Below are positions 9,467-21,472 of a stretch of 64,000 nucleotides of DNA, piece after piece (positions within the stretch are counted from its first letter, which is position 1; every line of letters begins with the position of its first letter). The notes below the pieces were generated by a model that was given only the letters and a program-made list of their open reading frames with translations, did not search any database and had not been told where the DNA came from. Source of the DNA: Parcubacteria group bacterium GW2011_GWA2_42_14 (lineage in GTDB: Bacteria; Patescibacteriota; Minisyncoccia; Sungbacterales; GWA2-42-14); assembly GCA_000998135.1 (NCBI GenBank), contig LCCV01000004.1:21681-85680 (forward strand), in the 5' to 3' direction. The position numbers and the translations under genes are program-made.

Positions 9467-10621
9467 TTAACACTGCCACGCCGGATCTCCCGGGTCTCCG
9501 GTCGGCTTTTTATAGTTATATTCCTTTAAAACTTCATTATCCTGAAGGGTTTTTGAAAAAATTTTTATTTCATCCATAATTCCCTGGAAATTCTGGGCTA
9601 AATTATCAATATTTAATCCGAGTCGCAGCGGTTCATTGCCCTGAGTCAGACTTTCTCCGCGGGGGATAGGAGAGCCTAAAATAATGCCGTTTATATAAAA
9701 TCTTACCTGCGACCCGTCGTAAGTAACCGCGGCATGCGTCCACCTGTTGAGGGTGGTTGCTCCGACCGCGGCGGAATCAGTCGTGAATTCCGTTCCGGCC
9801 GAATCTTTAAATTTAAAACGCAAGTTAAAATTTCCGGTTACCGGCTGGAACAGATAAAAACCGTATGTTTCTTCGGTAGCCCCCGCTCCTTTTTTTAAAA
9901 TAGTTTTGTATCCGTTGACAGCGCTTTTATTACAAACCCAGGAGGTTATGGAAATCGGCCAGTTGAGATTTATGCTTGATGAATTTGGAAACGTTACGCG
10001 GTCATTTTCCGTGTCAAAATACTGCAGTGCTCCGCCGAATACTACCAGCGGAATCGTATTTTGTCTTATTGGGTCTTCTGTTTCAACGCTTGTGGAAAGA
10101 CCCAAAACGCCGTCATTATCGTTGGCCGTCCAGTCAAAAACCGTTTGGCTTGATTCATTGTCAAATCTCCACCAGCCCGCCAAGTTCTCTGCTTCAAGCA
10201 TGGGATACTTAAAAAAGAACGAGCGCTTGGAAAGAAATGAGGAAGTTGTGTCACAGGGCGATCCTCCCGGATATTGTCCTACTCCTAGAATTTCAGTGTA
10301 GCCGGTTCCGGTTTTTTTTGACACTTTTACCGAATTGCAGGCGTTGTTGGAGGCGGTTATTAGCGGGGTGGTCCAGCAATCGTTTGAAAGATTCTGACAA
10401 ATGGCACGGGAAACTCTGTCAAGATAAACCGTTTTTTCAACTATTTCGTCAGCCGCGTAAAGCGCGAAAAACGATGCTCGTATGTCGCCGGAAAGCATAA
10501 GTTCGCTGTAAATAATATCAAATATTCCGAGGGAAATTGAGAGCATTAAAGAGAGCAAAAAGACGGTAAGGAGAAGACTTATACCTCGTTCTTTTTTTAA
10601 TTTTTTCTGCCGCGCTTTCAT
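9467..10621 (-). CDS. PilX-like minor pilin with C-terminal LamG/concanavalin-like domain
   Basis: KERG-ISLLLTVFLL prepilin-like N-terminus; GWWRFDN, WTHAAVTYDG and FQGIMDEIKIF LamG motifs. Confidence 0.85.
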   Translation of the reverse strand: MKARQKKLKKERGISLLLTVFLLSLMLSISLGIFDIIYSELMLSGDIRASFFALYAADEIVEKTVYLDRVSRAICQNLSNDCWTTPLITASNNACNSVKVSKKTGTGYTEILGVGQYPGGSPCDTTSSFLSKRSFFFKYPMLEAENLAGWWRFDNESSQTVFDWTANDNDGVLGLSTSVETEDPIRQNTIPLVVFGGALQYFDTENDRVTFPNSSSINLNWPISITSWVCNKSAVNGYKTILKKGAGATEETYGFYLFQPVTGNFNLRFKFKDSAGTEFTTDSAAVGATTLNRWTHAAVTYDGSQVRFYINGIILGSPIPRGESLTQGNEPLRLGLNIDNLAQNFQGIMDEIKIFSKTLQDNEVLKEYNYKKPTGDPGDPAWQC

Positions 10622-10763
10622 ATTGTTTTTAAATCCAAAATCCCAATATCTAAATCTCAAATAAATTCAAATTTCAAAATTCAAATTAGTTTCGGCATTT
10701 GGTCACTTGATTTTTGATATTATTTAGGATTTGAGATTTTGAATTTGGAATTTTAAAGGAATT

Positions 10764-11342
10764 TTAAAGGTTGACATCTCTCACTCTCTGCGTTACCGTT
10801 GTCTGCAAATTCATCGTGGTGTAAAGCCGGAGCTTGGGGTCAAAGGCCTTGGCTTTGAAAGAAATGGTTAAGCGGGGCTGGCCGTCATCGCCGGCAGAGT
10901 CAGTTCCGGTAACCCTTATGATTAACGTTTCAACAATAACTTCCGGCGCGGTTACCGGAGTGCCGTTGGCGCAATCGGGGTCAGTTGTCCAATTGTTTAT
11001 TTTATAAATTCCGCCTGGTAAATCGGGGTCGGGTCCGCTCGGACCATCGGGGTCGGGCGGGTCATAAAAAGCATATCCTATCGCGTTATTGAACTGGTCG
11101 CGAAAATTAATTTGGGTATTGCTTTGTCCGTTGCAGGCCTCAAGCAAAAAACCGGTTCCGGTTCTTATTTCTTTGGTAATGGATTCAATCCCGAATCTGA
11201 CGTTATCCACGACATTTTGAATGGCCGCGGCTTTATATTGGGCGTTTTTGGCGGCAACTAAAATATTGGCGGTTACCATCGCCACGAAAGCAAAAATTCC
11301 CAAAGCTACGGTTGTTTCAAGAAGTGATACTCCGCGTTTCAT
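10764..11342 (-). CDS. Type IV pilin / pseudopilin (PilW-like)
   Basis: MKRG-VSLLET N-methylation motif followed by a hydrophobic helix. Confidence 0.85.
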   Translation of the reverse strand: MKRGVSLLETTVALGIFAFVAMVTANILVAAKNAQYKAAAIQNVVDNVRFGIESITKEIRTGTGFLLEACNGQSNTQINFRDQFNNAIGYAFYDPPDPDGPSGPDPDLPGGIYKINNWTTDPDCANGTPVTAPEVIVETLIIRVTGTDSAGDDGQPRLTISFKAKAFDPKLRLYTTMNLQTTVTQRVRDVNL

Positions 11343-11409
11343 GAATCATTAATCATGAACCATAAATCATTAACTACTTGTTCAATGTTTTATGTTCCAA
11401 GTATAAAGT

Positions 11410-12078
11410 TTATCTCCAATTATATAATATCTCCGTTTGCACGAGCGTGCGCGAAATCGAGCCGTCCTGCCAAAGTATGGTAACATCTACTTTTATACGG
11501 TCCGAAGCGGGAATAGTGGTGCTTGTGCCGGAACAAGGCGCGGGACCGGGAGGGTCAATACAGACGGTTTCAGGACCAGGGTCAGAAATAGTTATTTTCC
11601 TTTTAAAAGTAGTAACTTGCGGATTAGGGTCGGCAAGGCAGCTGTAGGCGTATAATCCGTAGTTGGGATAAGTGGCTGTTGGCGGAGTTTGGCAGAAATT
11701 CAAAAAACGACCGGAGGCGCCGAAAGCAATAAGTCTTGGTTCAGCGTCAGTTAAATCATAAGTTGCGTCAACTTCCCAATTTCCGTTGGCAAGGGTTGTG
11801 CAGTTAGAAGAAGTATCGGTAATTGCCCTCCAATCAGGATCAGGGTTTTCATCGAAGTCAGCTCCGTCAGGTCCTACGCAAGACGCAAGAACATTGGAAT
11901 CCCGGAAATAACGAATCATTTCAATTCCTTCCTGCGCCAAGTTGGCGGCGACCAGACGATTTTTCGCGGATTTGGAGGAAAGAATGCCCCGGGATATAAG
12001 CATAAACGGACCGATAACGGCGGCAATAATAATGGTAAGAGCGACGATGGATTCAATTATGGTGAAACCCTTCTTCAT
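11410..12078 (-). CDS. Type IV pilin / pseudopilin (PilV-like)
   Basis: MKKG-FTIIES, AANLAQEGIEMIR. Confidence 0.88.
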   Translation of the reverse strand: MKKGFTIIESIVALTIIIAAVIGPFMLISRGILSSKSAKNRLVAANLAQEGIEMIRYFRDSNVLASCVGPDGADFDENPDPDWRAITDTSSNCTTLANGNWEVDATYDLTDAEPRLIAFGASGRFLNFCQTPPTATYPNYGLYAYSCLADPNPQVTTFKRKITISDPGPETVCIDPPGPAPCSGTSTTIPASDRIKVDVTILWQDGSISRTLVQTEILYNWR

Positions 12079-12143
12079 GAATCATGAATCATGAATCATG
12101 AATCATGTTTTATATTACATGTTCCATGTTTCATGTTTCATCA
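12075..12143. repeat. (CATGAAT)4 tandem heptamer with inverted CATGTTT units
   Basis: Directly visible; a degenerate counterpart lies at 11340-11400. Confidence 0.8.
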
Positions 12144-12145
12144 TA

Positions 12146-13465
12146 TTATGGTATTTTACTCCACAACTCCTTAATTCGCGAGCCAATTCCAGATTTCTCT
12201 TCTAATTTACCCGAAACAATTTGATGTTTCTTAAGCTCGTTTTCAAAATCTTCCCGCGTTAAATTTTTTGCGCCAACACCGCTGAACTCTTTGATAGATT
12301 CAAACGGCAAACCAAACTTTTCATAAAAGTAAAAGGCAATCGGAGCATCAATCAATGAATTTTCGGATTTCTTTTTTAACAGCTCTTTCAGCCCCTTAGC
12401 CATCATTTCCGTGAAACCAAGGCGCTCTTTTTTTATTATATCATTTATAATCCTGATTGAGTCCGCCGGATTTTTAAAATCGCTGTTATAAAGTTTAACC
12501 ATTTTTTCAATAATTTCTTCAAACAGACCTTCTGTAATTTTTATCAATCTTTCGTATACGAATAATCTTCTTAATAAATTCCGGATGCCGATTTTAAGCA
12601 ATTGTTCCGATTCGCCAGCCGGAATTTCGTTGGCCAGAAAACAAACGGCGCGAAGATGGTCTACCGCGATTCTTTTTTGCCGTTCCGTTAAAGCGGTATT
12701 TTGAAGCGGCAAAAATAGGCCATCAAAAATATCGGTTTCAAAAACATTTGATTTTCCATTGGCAACGGCGGTTAATCTTTCGAGGCCGGTAACGCTCGCA
12801 ATGCCTTGAACATCAAGACGTTCAATTTTTCTAATATTTTTTCCGGAAATAAGTTTTTTGTGCGTATCCGGAAAATAATAATCAACAAACACAACGTTCC
12901 AGACGCCAATATCTTTTATATAAATTTCGGAGGTAGAGCCGCAAATTCCTTCGTCGCCGGCCGGCCCCCAAAAATTTTCTTTCAGGCCGAGCCGCTGGAT
13001 ATAAGTTGCCCCGAGTTCTTTCCATATATATTCTGAATCTTTATCCAAAGAAAAACCGGAACCTCCGCTAAAAATCGTCACGTAATCTATGAAAATATTC
13101 AGATTTTTGAAAAAATCGCTTGTTATTTTTATGGCGGTTTGTTTTTTGTATCCGCCAAAAGTTAAGGCCGTGAGCATTTCAAAAAAAGTAAGATGCGAAT
13201 TATCGCCGACATTTTCGGCGTCTTCCGGACGAAAACAGTATTGGGAAGAAACCGCGTTGGGCGCCCCTAGCGGCTTATTTAGGCGCGGTTCAGGGTCGTC
13301 CAGGGGATTGATTTCTGACTTGAAATATTTTTCAAAATATTCAATGCCGGAAGAAGTTAAAAGTTTTTTTTGGTTATCAAAAATAAGAGGAGCCGATGGA
13401 ACAAAAATATGTTCCCGTCTTTCAAAAAATTCAAAAAAGCGCCGTTTTAAATCATGACTCTTCAT
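12146..13465 (-). CDS. Divergent alanyl-tRNA synthetase-like protein (aminoacylation domain only)
   Basis: Colinear with the AlaRS N-terminus (HLTFFEML, NFWG, CG.TSEI, GLERL, DHLRA) but only 439 aa, no editing domain, and several invariant motifs altered. Confidence 0.75.
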   Translation of the reverse strand: MKSHDLKRRFFEFFERREHIFVPSAPLIFDNQKKLLTSSGIEYFEKYFKSEINPLDDPEPRLNKPLGAPNAVSSQYCFRPEDAENVGDNSHLTFFEMLTALTFGGYKKQTAIKITSDFFKNLNIFIDYVTIFSGGSGFSLDKDSEYIWKELGATYIQRLGLKENFWGPAGDEGICGSTSEIYIKDIGVWNVVFVDYYFPDTHKKLISGKNIRKIERLDVQGIASVTGLERLTAVANGKSNVFETDIFDGLFLPLQNTALTERQKRIAVDHLRAVCFLANEIPAGESEQLLKIGIRNLLRRLFVYERLIKITEGLFEEIIEKMVKLYNSDFKNPADSIRIINDIIKKERLGFTEMMAKGLKELLKKKSENSLIDAPIAFYFYEKFGLPFESIKEFSGVGAKNLTREDFENELKKHQIVSGKLEEKSGIGSRIKELWSKIP

Positions 13466-13568
13466 TACTTAAATTCTACAATATATGGCTATTTTTACCA
13501 CAGTAAAAATATTTGGCCTCGCAATGCGCCGCGTTGATTTTTCTTGACTTTTCCGATATAATTGTATC

Positions 13569-15473
13569 ATGGAAAATGGCTTCCTCAAAGAAAAATACGG
13601 CCTGCATAAAAGTCCGGAGGTGGAGCAAGCCGCAAAACGGACGGAAGTTCGCACAGGCGAAAAGGTTCCACAAAACCCGGAGACACGCATCCAAAACTAC
13701 CTTGATCGCTTGCAAAATATCATCAACCCCAAGGAATTAGGGGGGCATCCGAACTTCGATAGATGCGAACGGAATTTAGAAATGCTAAAACACTCCCTTT
13801 ACGATAAATTCGTCATCAAGCCGGAGGAAATTCCCGAGGGTTATTTTGAAAATCAACGCCGCCTTGCCCGCGAGCAGGGTCATGGCGATATTGAAATCAC
13901 GCGAGATATGCGCGATCGGTTTGCCGAAGTAATCGTTTCCGATCAAAGAAGCACTCTTGATAACTGGGTTGACTATCTCGCCTCACCGGACGCGACATAT
14001 CCAGACTGGCTTAAGTACTATGCCATAAGAAGCGTTCTTAGTATGGGCGAGTTTGATAAGGATAAAAAACAATTCACAAAACGCTCTAAAGGAACAACTA
14101 AACCATTCCCAGACCTCAATCGCGAAGCGTTGGCGTATGTGCTTGATGCGATTGAGAAAAAATACAAAGGAGAAAAACCCGGCCTTGTCGTAATTGAAGC
14201 CGAAGACAAAGACAAATTTGAGAAACTTCTGCAAGGCGAAAACTTTGCCAAGCTTTACACTTGGGCGATTGAAAAAGTAACTCCCGCATCTAAGGAAGCG
14301 CTCGCTGATACTCGCGGGAAATGGGTGAAATATCTAAAAAGACAGGATCACATGCCGCTTGTGAAATCCCTTCAGGGCCATGGCACCAATTGGTGCACGG
14401 CCGGAGAATCAACCGCCAAAGCGCAACTCGAAAACGGCGATTTTTACGTCTACTACTCATTAGACAAAGACGGCAAACCAACCATCCCGAGAGCTGCCAT
14501 TCGTATGAAAGAAGACCGGATTGCAGAGATTAGGGGTGTTGCTGATAAAGAACAGAATATGGATCCGTATATCACGCCCGTAGTTGAAGCCAAGCTCAAA
14601 GAATTTCCCGACGGCAAAGTATACGAGAAGAAAACACTCGACATGAAAACACTTACGGTAATTGAACAAAAAACTAAGACTGGTGAAAAATTAACGAAAG
14701 CTGATCTCCTTTTTCTCTACGAAATCAATACGTTCATCGAGGGCTTCGGTTTTCATCCTGATCCGCGTATAGCAGAGTTGCGAGCGCAAAGAAATATAAA
14801 AGAAGATATGCCAGTTGTTTTTGAATGTACTCCAGAACAAATCACGTACACTCCGGACGGTATCAATGAAAACACCAAAGCATATGTTGGCAAGCTCGAG
14901 CCAGGCATATTCCAAAAGTTGCCGGAGAATCTTGAACATATTTACACTTCCTTTCCAAAAAATAAAATCCGCAAGGAAAATATAGAAATCGGTGGCAAGA
15001 CCGCTGAACAATTATTAAACGAGCTGGAACAAGCCGGCATCATAACCGATTTCGCTAAAGATATGTTTCGAAGTCGCGACTTTGTTGCAAGTAAAAATAT
15101 CGAAAGCGCAACTCTCATCCGCCTAACCGTCGCCGACCTTGGATTTACGACAGACGTTAACAACAATAAGATCTACCAGCGGGCAGAAGAACTTGGTTTG
15201 GAACTATGTCCATCCGATGTCGGACCTCATTATTATCTCAAACATCAAAATCAGCCGAGGAACAAGATTAACGAATGGGTGGAAATCGGCATGAAGCAAA
15301 TAAACGCCCATGGCGAACAGTGCGTATTCTTGCTGGCACGCTCCTTCGACGGTATGTGGCGAGATGGCGTTGTGTCCAGATCTGATGACTGGCGTAGTAG
15401 TCCGAACCATAGGATTGTGTTCCGTTTTCGTCGTTCGACCCCTTCGATAAACTCAGGGCATGCAAACTCATGA
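13569..15473 (+). CDS. Hypothetical protein with WCTAG domain and a C-terminus resembling DGR-target domains
   Basis: 634-aa ORF; GHGTNWCTAG, EIRG; C-terminal LGLELCP..VGP...W..IGMK.I...VF.L.R...G.W...RIVF; leaderless promoter. Confidence 0.7.
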   Translation: MENGFLKEKYGLHKSPEVEQAAKRTEVRTGEKVPQNPETRIQNYLDRLQNIINPKELGGHPNFDRCERNLEMLKHSLYDKFVIKPEEIPEGYFENQRRLAREQGHGDIEITRDMRDRFAEVIVSDQRSTLDNWVDYLASPDATYPDWLKYYAIRSVLSMGEFDKDKKQFTKRSKGTTKPFPDLNREALAYVLDAIEKKYKGEKPGLVVIEAEDKDKFEKLLQGENFAKLYTWAIEKVTPASKEALADTRGKWVKYLKRQDHMPLVKSLQGHGTNWCTAGESTAKAQLENGDFYVYYSLDKDGKPTIPRAAIRMKEDRIAEIRGVADKEQNMDPYITPVVEAKLKEFPDGKVYEKKTLDMKTLTVIEQKTKTGEKLTKADLLFLYEINTFIEGFGFHPDPRIAELRAQRNIKEDMPVVFECTPEQITYTPDGINENTKAYVGKLEPGIFQKLPENLEHIYTSFPKNKIRKENIEIGGKTAEQLLNELEQAGIITDFAKDMFRSRDFVASKNIESATLIRLTVADLGFTTDVNNNKIYQRAEELGLELCPSDVGPHYYLKHQNQPRNKINEWVEIGMKQINAHGEQCVFLLARSFDGMWRDGVVSRSDDWRSSPNHRIVFRFRRSTPSINSGHANS

Positions 15474-15602
15474 CCAGCAAGAAAAATTCAAAAATTTAGT
15501 ATTTCTCATTGTTGACCCCTTATCTTTTTGTTTTTTAATTCTTTTTTTGATTGAAATGTGTTTGCCTTTTTGCTATAATTAAAAAAGAATCCTTGATTAT
15601 GA

Positions 15603-17801
<2,199 letters not shown>

Positions 17802-17938
17802 CATGGGTTTTATTATGAGTATAATTATAGTAGAGATTAATAAGGGCCCGCGGGCCTTTTAAAAGTGGCCTTTTTAATGCCGAATTATAAATGATGAATG
17901 GCTGAATAGGATAATTCATAATTTATAATTCATAATTC

Positions 17939-18124
17939 TTGTTCACTAAAGTATTAACATTTTTTCAAGAAGTTCAGGTTGAGATGAAAAAAGTTACCTG
18001 GCCGACGCGTCCCCAGGCGGTAAATTACACCATCGCCGTTATTGGCATTTCCATCGGAGTGGCCGCTTTTTTAGGCGGGCTTGATTATGTTTTTCAGTTT
18101 ATTTTGAATACGTTTATTTTGTAA
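17939..18124 (+). CDS. secE: Preprotein translocase subunit SecE
   Basis: EMKKVTWP plus one transmembrane helix, upstream of nusG. Confidence 0.92.
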   Translation: MFTKVLTFFQEVQVEMKKVTWPTRPQAVNYTIAVIGISIGVAAFLGGLDYVFQFILNTFIL

Positions 18125-18200
18125 ATATTGCTAATCAATCGCTAATTTTTTTTGCGAATATTTGCGAAAATTAATTTGTGATTGTTTGGGGATTAATAAT

Positions 18201-18587
18201 ATGTCAGAAAAAGAATTCGGTTATCGCGACGGCGGCCTGCCCGGGCCGGAAGAAATTTCTGATGAAGTAAGGCGAACCAAGGAAAAGAAGGGGGCATATC
18301 GTAAAGATTTTTTGGCGGTTGAAAATATTCCCAATTGGTTTACTGATATCGGCGAGGAACGGGAAGATGAAAAAAGCCCGGAAGAAACGGGATGGAAAGA
18401 ATTGGTTGATGATTTTAAAACGCTTTCAGTTGCGGTCCAGCAGGAGTTGCTTCAGGATATGCAATCTAAGATGAAAAGAAATTTTTTCAAAACTAAAAAA
18501 GAAATGCTGGTTCTTTTTCGATACTTGGTTGATAGAAATTTGGAGGTCATAAGGAGAGGAGAGAGAATTAAAAGACAAAAGAAGTAA
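18201..18587 (+). CDS. Hypothetical protein
   Basis: Charged open frame between secE and nusG; ATG 18201 preferred. Confidence 0.6.
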   Translation: MSEKEFGYRDGGLPGPEEISDEVRRTKEKKGAYRKDFLAVENIPNWFTDIGEEREDEKSPEETGWKELVDDFKTLSVAVQQELLQDMQSKMKRNFFKTKKEMLVLFRYLVDRNLEVIRRGERIKRQKK

Positions 18588-18601
18588 TTATTTATTAGTA
18601 T

Positions 18602-18715
18602 ACCCAGCCCTAATTCTGAATTTAGTTTGTCAATAGGCAAGAGATTAAAACGCAGTATCACCTGGCGGCTTGCAACTGAAATCTGTCAAAGGATTATTTA
18701 GAATTAGAGCCGGGC
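18602..18715. mobile_element. 114-bp MITE-like element (CCCGGCYCTAATTC family)
   Basis: Ends ACCCAGCCCTAATTCT / AGAATTAGAGCCGGG. Confidence 0.7.
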
Positions 18716-18792
18716 GCTAAAATTTATTGCTAAAAATTCTTCGTTGTTGAAAATATTATATTTCACAACTGGAATTTTTAGATAAATTTTGC

Positions 18793-19338
18793 ATGCCAAA
18801 GCAAACAGGAGAATTCGGCAGGAATTGGTACGCGGTTCACACCTATTCCGGATATGAGGACGCTGTTGCGAGAAACCTGAAACAGCGCATTGAGTCCTTG
18901 GGAATGGAAGATAAGATTTTCAGCGTACTTGTCCCCACCGAGAAAAAAATTAAAATAAAGCATGGAAAACGAAAAATAGTCGAGGAAAAAATTTATCCCG
19001 GCTATGTTTTGGTTGAAATGATTGTTACCGATGATTCCTGGTATGTGGTGCGAAATACCCCCCGTGTTACCGGTTTTGTCGGCTCGGGTACCACCCCGAC
19101 ACCTTTGTCGCCGGAAGAAATGGATATTTTGCAGAAAAGAATGGGAGTGGATGAGCCGAAATTTAAGATTGAGGTCGGTATCGGGGATCCGATAAAAATT
19201 ACCGACGGTCCATTTAAGGATTTTGACGGTAAGGTTTCAAGTATTGACGAAGAGCGGGGAAAGGTTAAGGTATTGGTTAATATGTTCGGGAGAAATACGC
19301 CGGTAGAACTGGACTCGCTACAGATTAAAAAACTGTAG
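18793..19338 (+). CDS. nusG: Transcription termination/antitermination factor NusG
   Basis: WYAVHTYSGYE, YPGYVLVEM, KOW motif DGPFKDF. Confidence 0.98.
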   Translation: MPKQTGEFGRNWYAVHTYSGYEDAVARNLKQRIESLGMEDKIFSVLVPTEKKIKIKHGKRKIVEEKIYPGYVLVEMIVTDDSWYVVRNTPRVTGFVGSGTTPTPLSPEEMDILQKRMGVDEPKFKIEVGIGDPIKITDGPFKDFDGKVSSIDEERGKVKVLVNMFGRNTPVELDSLQIKKL

Positions 19339-19406
19339 AACGTTGAGTGTGAAGTGTAGAATGTGGTTTTTTCTGCATCTACTCTCTACCATCTACTTTT
19401 GAAACA

Positions 19407-19829
19407 ATGGCAAAGCCAATTAAAACAATATTAAAACTTCAATTGCCTGCCGGAGCCGCAACGCCTGCCCCTCCGGTAGGAACAGCTTTGGGGCCGCATG
19501 GAATAAACCTCGGCGATTTTGTCAATAAATATAATCAGGCAACCCAGAATATGAAAGGAGATATTGTTCCGGTTGAAATTACGATTTATGAAGACCGCTC
19601 TTTTGATTTTAAATTAAAAACTCCTCCTGCCTCTGATTTATTGCGAAAAGCCGCCGGAATTGAAAAGGGCTCCGGCGCTCCCAATAAAAACAAAGTAGGC
19701 AAAGTGACTAAAGAAGACATTCGCAAAATTGCCGAGAAAAAAATGGTTGATTTGAATGCCGAATCAGTTGAGGCCGCCGAAAAAATAATTGCCGGTACTG
19801 CCCGAAGCATGGGAATAGAGGTCAAATAA
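19407..19829 (+). CDS. rplK: 50S ribosomal protein L11
   Basis: [25 protein letters not shown]. Confidence 0.98.
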   Translation: MAKPIKTILKLQLPAGAATPAPPVGTALGPHGINLGDFVNKYNQATQNMKGDIVPVEITIYEDRSFDFKLKTPPASDLLRKAAGIEKGSGAPNKNKVGKVTKEDIRKIAEKKMVDLNAESVEAAEKIIAGTARSMGIEVK

Positions 19830-19851
19830 AAAAAGATATTTTATAAATACG

Positions 19852-19875
19852 AAACAGGCCCGGACGGCCTGTTTT
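19852..19875 (+). terminator. Intrinsic terminator after rplK
   Basis: AAACAGGCC-cggac-GGCCTGTTTT. Confidence 0.75.
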
Positions 19876-19947
19876 GTTGTTTGACTTTAGATTATAGCTT
19901 ATCTACTATTTTAAACAGGTCTTTGATTGCCAAAAAAGGTTTAAAAA

Positions 19948-20580
19948 ATGAGCGAGCAGGAAAAGCTTAGCGGGCCCAAGGAAAATGTAATGGTTGTGCA
20001 TAAAGATGATATTTTCAAGCATGGGGAATGGCAGGGGTTAAATGACAGAAATTTTATGAAACTTCTAGATATTGTAAGGCAGAAGCATACTTTCTTGCCT
20101 CGCTGGGATGTGGAAGACGACCCGCAATGGCAGCAGATTATTCCTTTCGGCATATTCGTTGCCCAAAAGCATATTTTTTCTTATGTTAAAGCCGGAGGTT
20201 CTTCGGAAAAGCGTTTGGTCGGCGAAAGATTTGTGGGAATTGCCGGACATCTTCGGCAAAGCGATTATGTTGATTATGGCAGTTTGCTGCAATGGTTTGA
20301 GCGTGAATGGAATGAAGAAATCAGATATGAGGGTTCACCTTTTGTCTGGCCGATTGGAGTCATTCATGATACATCGCGGCCGGTTTCTGCTTGCCATCTG
20401 GCCTTTATTTTTCTCCTTTATGGAAGCAAGATGAATTTACGAATTAAGGCCTTTGAAGAAATAACCGAAGCAAAATTTTTGACTTTGGACGAGTTCGATG
20501 GAGTGTCTCCAGCCGTTGATAACTGGAGCCGGGCGGTTTTGGAGTATCTGAAGCAAAATCGTAATTTGCTCGCATTATAA
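19948..20580 (+). CDS. NUDIX-fold phosphoesterase (COG4112/YmaB-like)
   Basis: EDDPQWQQIIP, EKRL, GIAGH, REWNEE. Confidence 0.75.
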   Translation: MSEQEKLSGPKENVMVVHKDDIFKHGEWQGLNDRNFMKLLDIVRQKHTFLPRWDVEDDPQWQQIIPFGIFVAQKHIFSYVKAGGSSEKRLVGERFVGIAGHLRQSDYVDYGSLLQWFEREWNEEIRYEGSPFVWPIGVIHDTSRPVSACHLAFIFLLYGSKMNLRIKAFEEITEAKFLTLDEFDGVSPAVDNWSRAVLEYLKQNRNLLAL

Positions 20581-20646
20581 TAATTTATCACCTGTGCACA
20601 ACAGGTGTTTTTAATTTTTGGGGAATTGATACTATAATGGATAACA

Positions 20647-21291
20647 ATGAGCTGGTTAAAACAAAAACCATTATTCATAGTTTTTGAAGGCGGAGAGGGT
20701 TCGGGAAAAACCACCCAGACCCGTCTTTTATATACCAGCATGAAAAGAGCCGGCAGGATGGTTATGTATACGGATGAGCCCGGGGCAACGCTTAAGGGGT
20801 TTCAAATTCGTTCCATTCTTTTGGATAAAGATACCGAGCCCCTGGATTCTATGGCCGAATTTTTGCTTTTTGAAGCGGATAGGGCTCAGCACGTATCATT
20901 GATTTTGAAACCGGCGTTAGAAAAGGGAAGCGATATAGTATGCGACAGGTTTTCGCCTTCAACCTTTGCTTATCAGGGATACGCCCGCGGTCTTGAAGCA
21001 AAATATCTTTCAGAAATGAAGCGGGTGGATGCTATTGCCCGCCAAGGCCTTGAGCCGGATTTATACATTCTTCTTGATTTGGATCCAGCAAAAGGACTTC
21101 GCCGCATTAAGGGACAAAAAACCCGTTTTGAAGAAGAGCGGATTGATTTTCATAAAAAAATACGGCAAGGATTTTTAAAACAGGTTCGCCAAAGTCCGAG
21201 AAAATGGTTTATGGTTGACGCAACCAAGCCGATTGAAACGGTTCATGAAGAAATTTGGAAGAAAGTGGCCAAACTAATTTTGAAGAGTTAA
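20647..21291 (+). CDS. tmk: Thymidylate kinase
   Basis: FEGGEGSGKTTQ P-loop, DRAQH, CDRFSPSTFAYQG. Confidence 0.95.
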   Translation: MSWLKQKPLFIVFEGGEGSGKTTQTRLLYTSMKRAGRMVMYTDEPGATLKGFQIRSILLDKDTEPLDSMAEFLLFEADRAQHVSLILKPALEKGSDIVCDRFSPSTFAYQGYARGLEAKYLSEMKRVDAIARQGLEPDLYILLDLDPAKGLRRIKGQKTRFEEERIDFHKKIRQGFLKQVRQSPRKWFMVDATKPIETVHEEIWKKVAKLILKS

Positions 21292-21331
21292 GTAAAAGGT
21301 CTTTAAGCCCTTTTTGTTTCAGAACCAGTAT

Positions 21332-21471
21332 AGACCTTTTGCAAAATAAGGTTTATTCCCAAAATTTTATTCCCTGAGCCTGTCGAAGGGTAAAATTTTG
21401 GCTTAAAATCAAGGTATGTCTTCGACAAGCTCAGACAATAATGAATAATAGTCTTATTTTGCAAAGGGTCT
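21332..21471. mobile_element. MITE-like element with AGACCTTTTGCAAAATAAG termini and internal REP-like hairpins
   Basis: 19-bp inverted termini with 1 mismatch; partial copies at 31020-31163 and about 56984-57082. Confidence 0.75.
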
Positions 21472-21472
21472 T

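Noticed and set aside
13569-15473. Complete DGR
   Set aside because: No reverse transcriptase, accessory gene or template repeat visible
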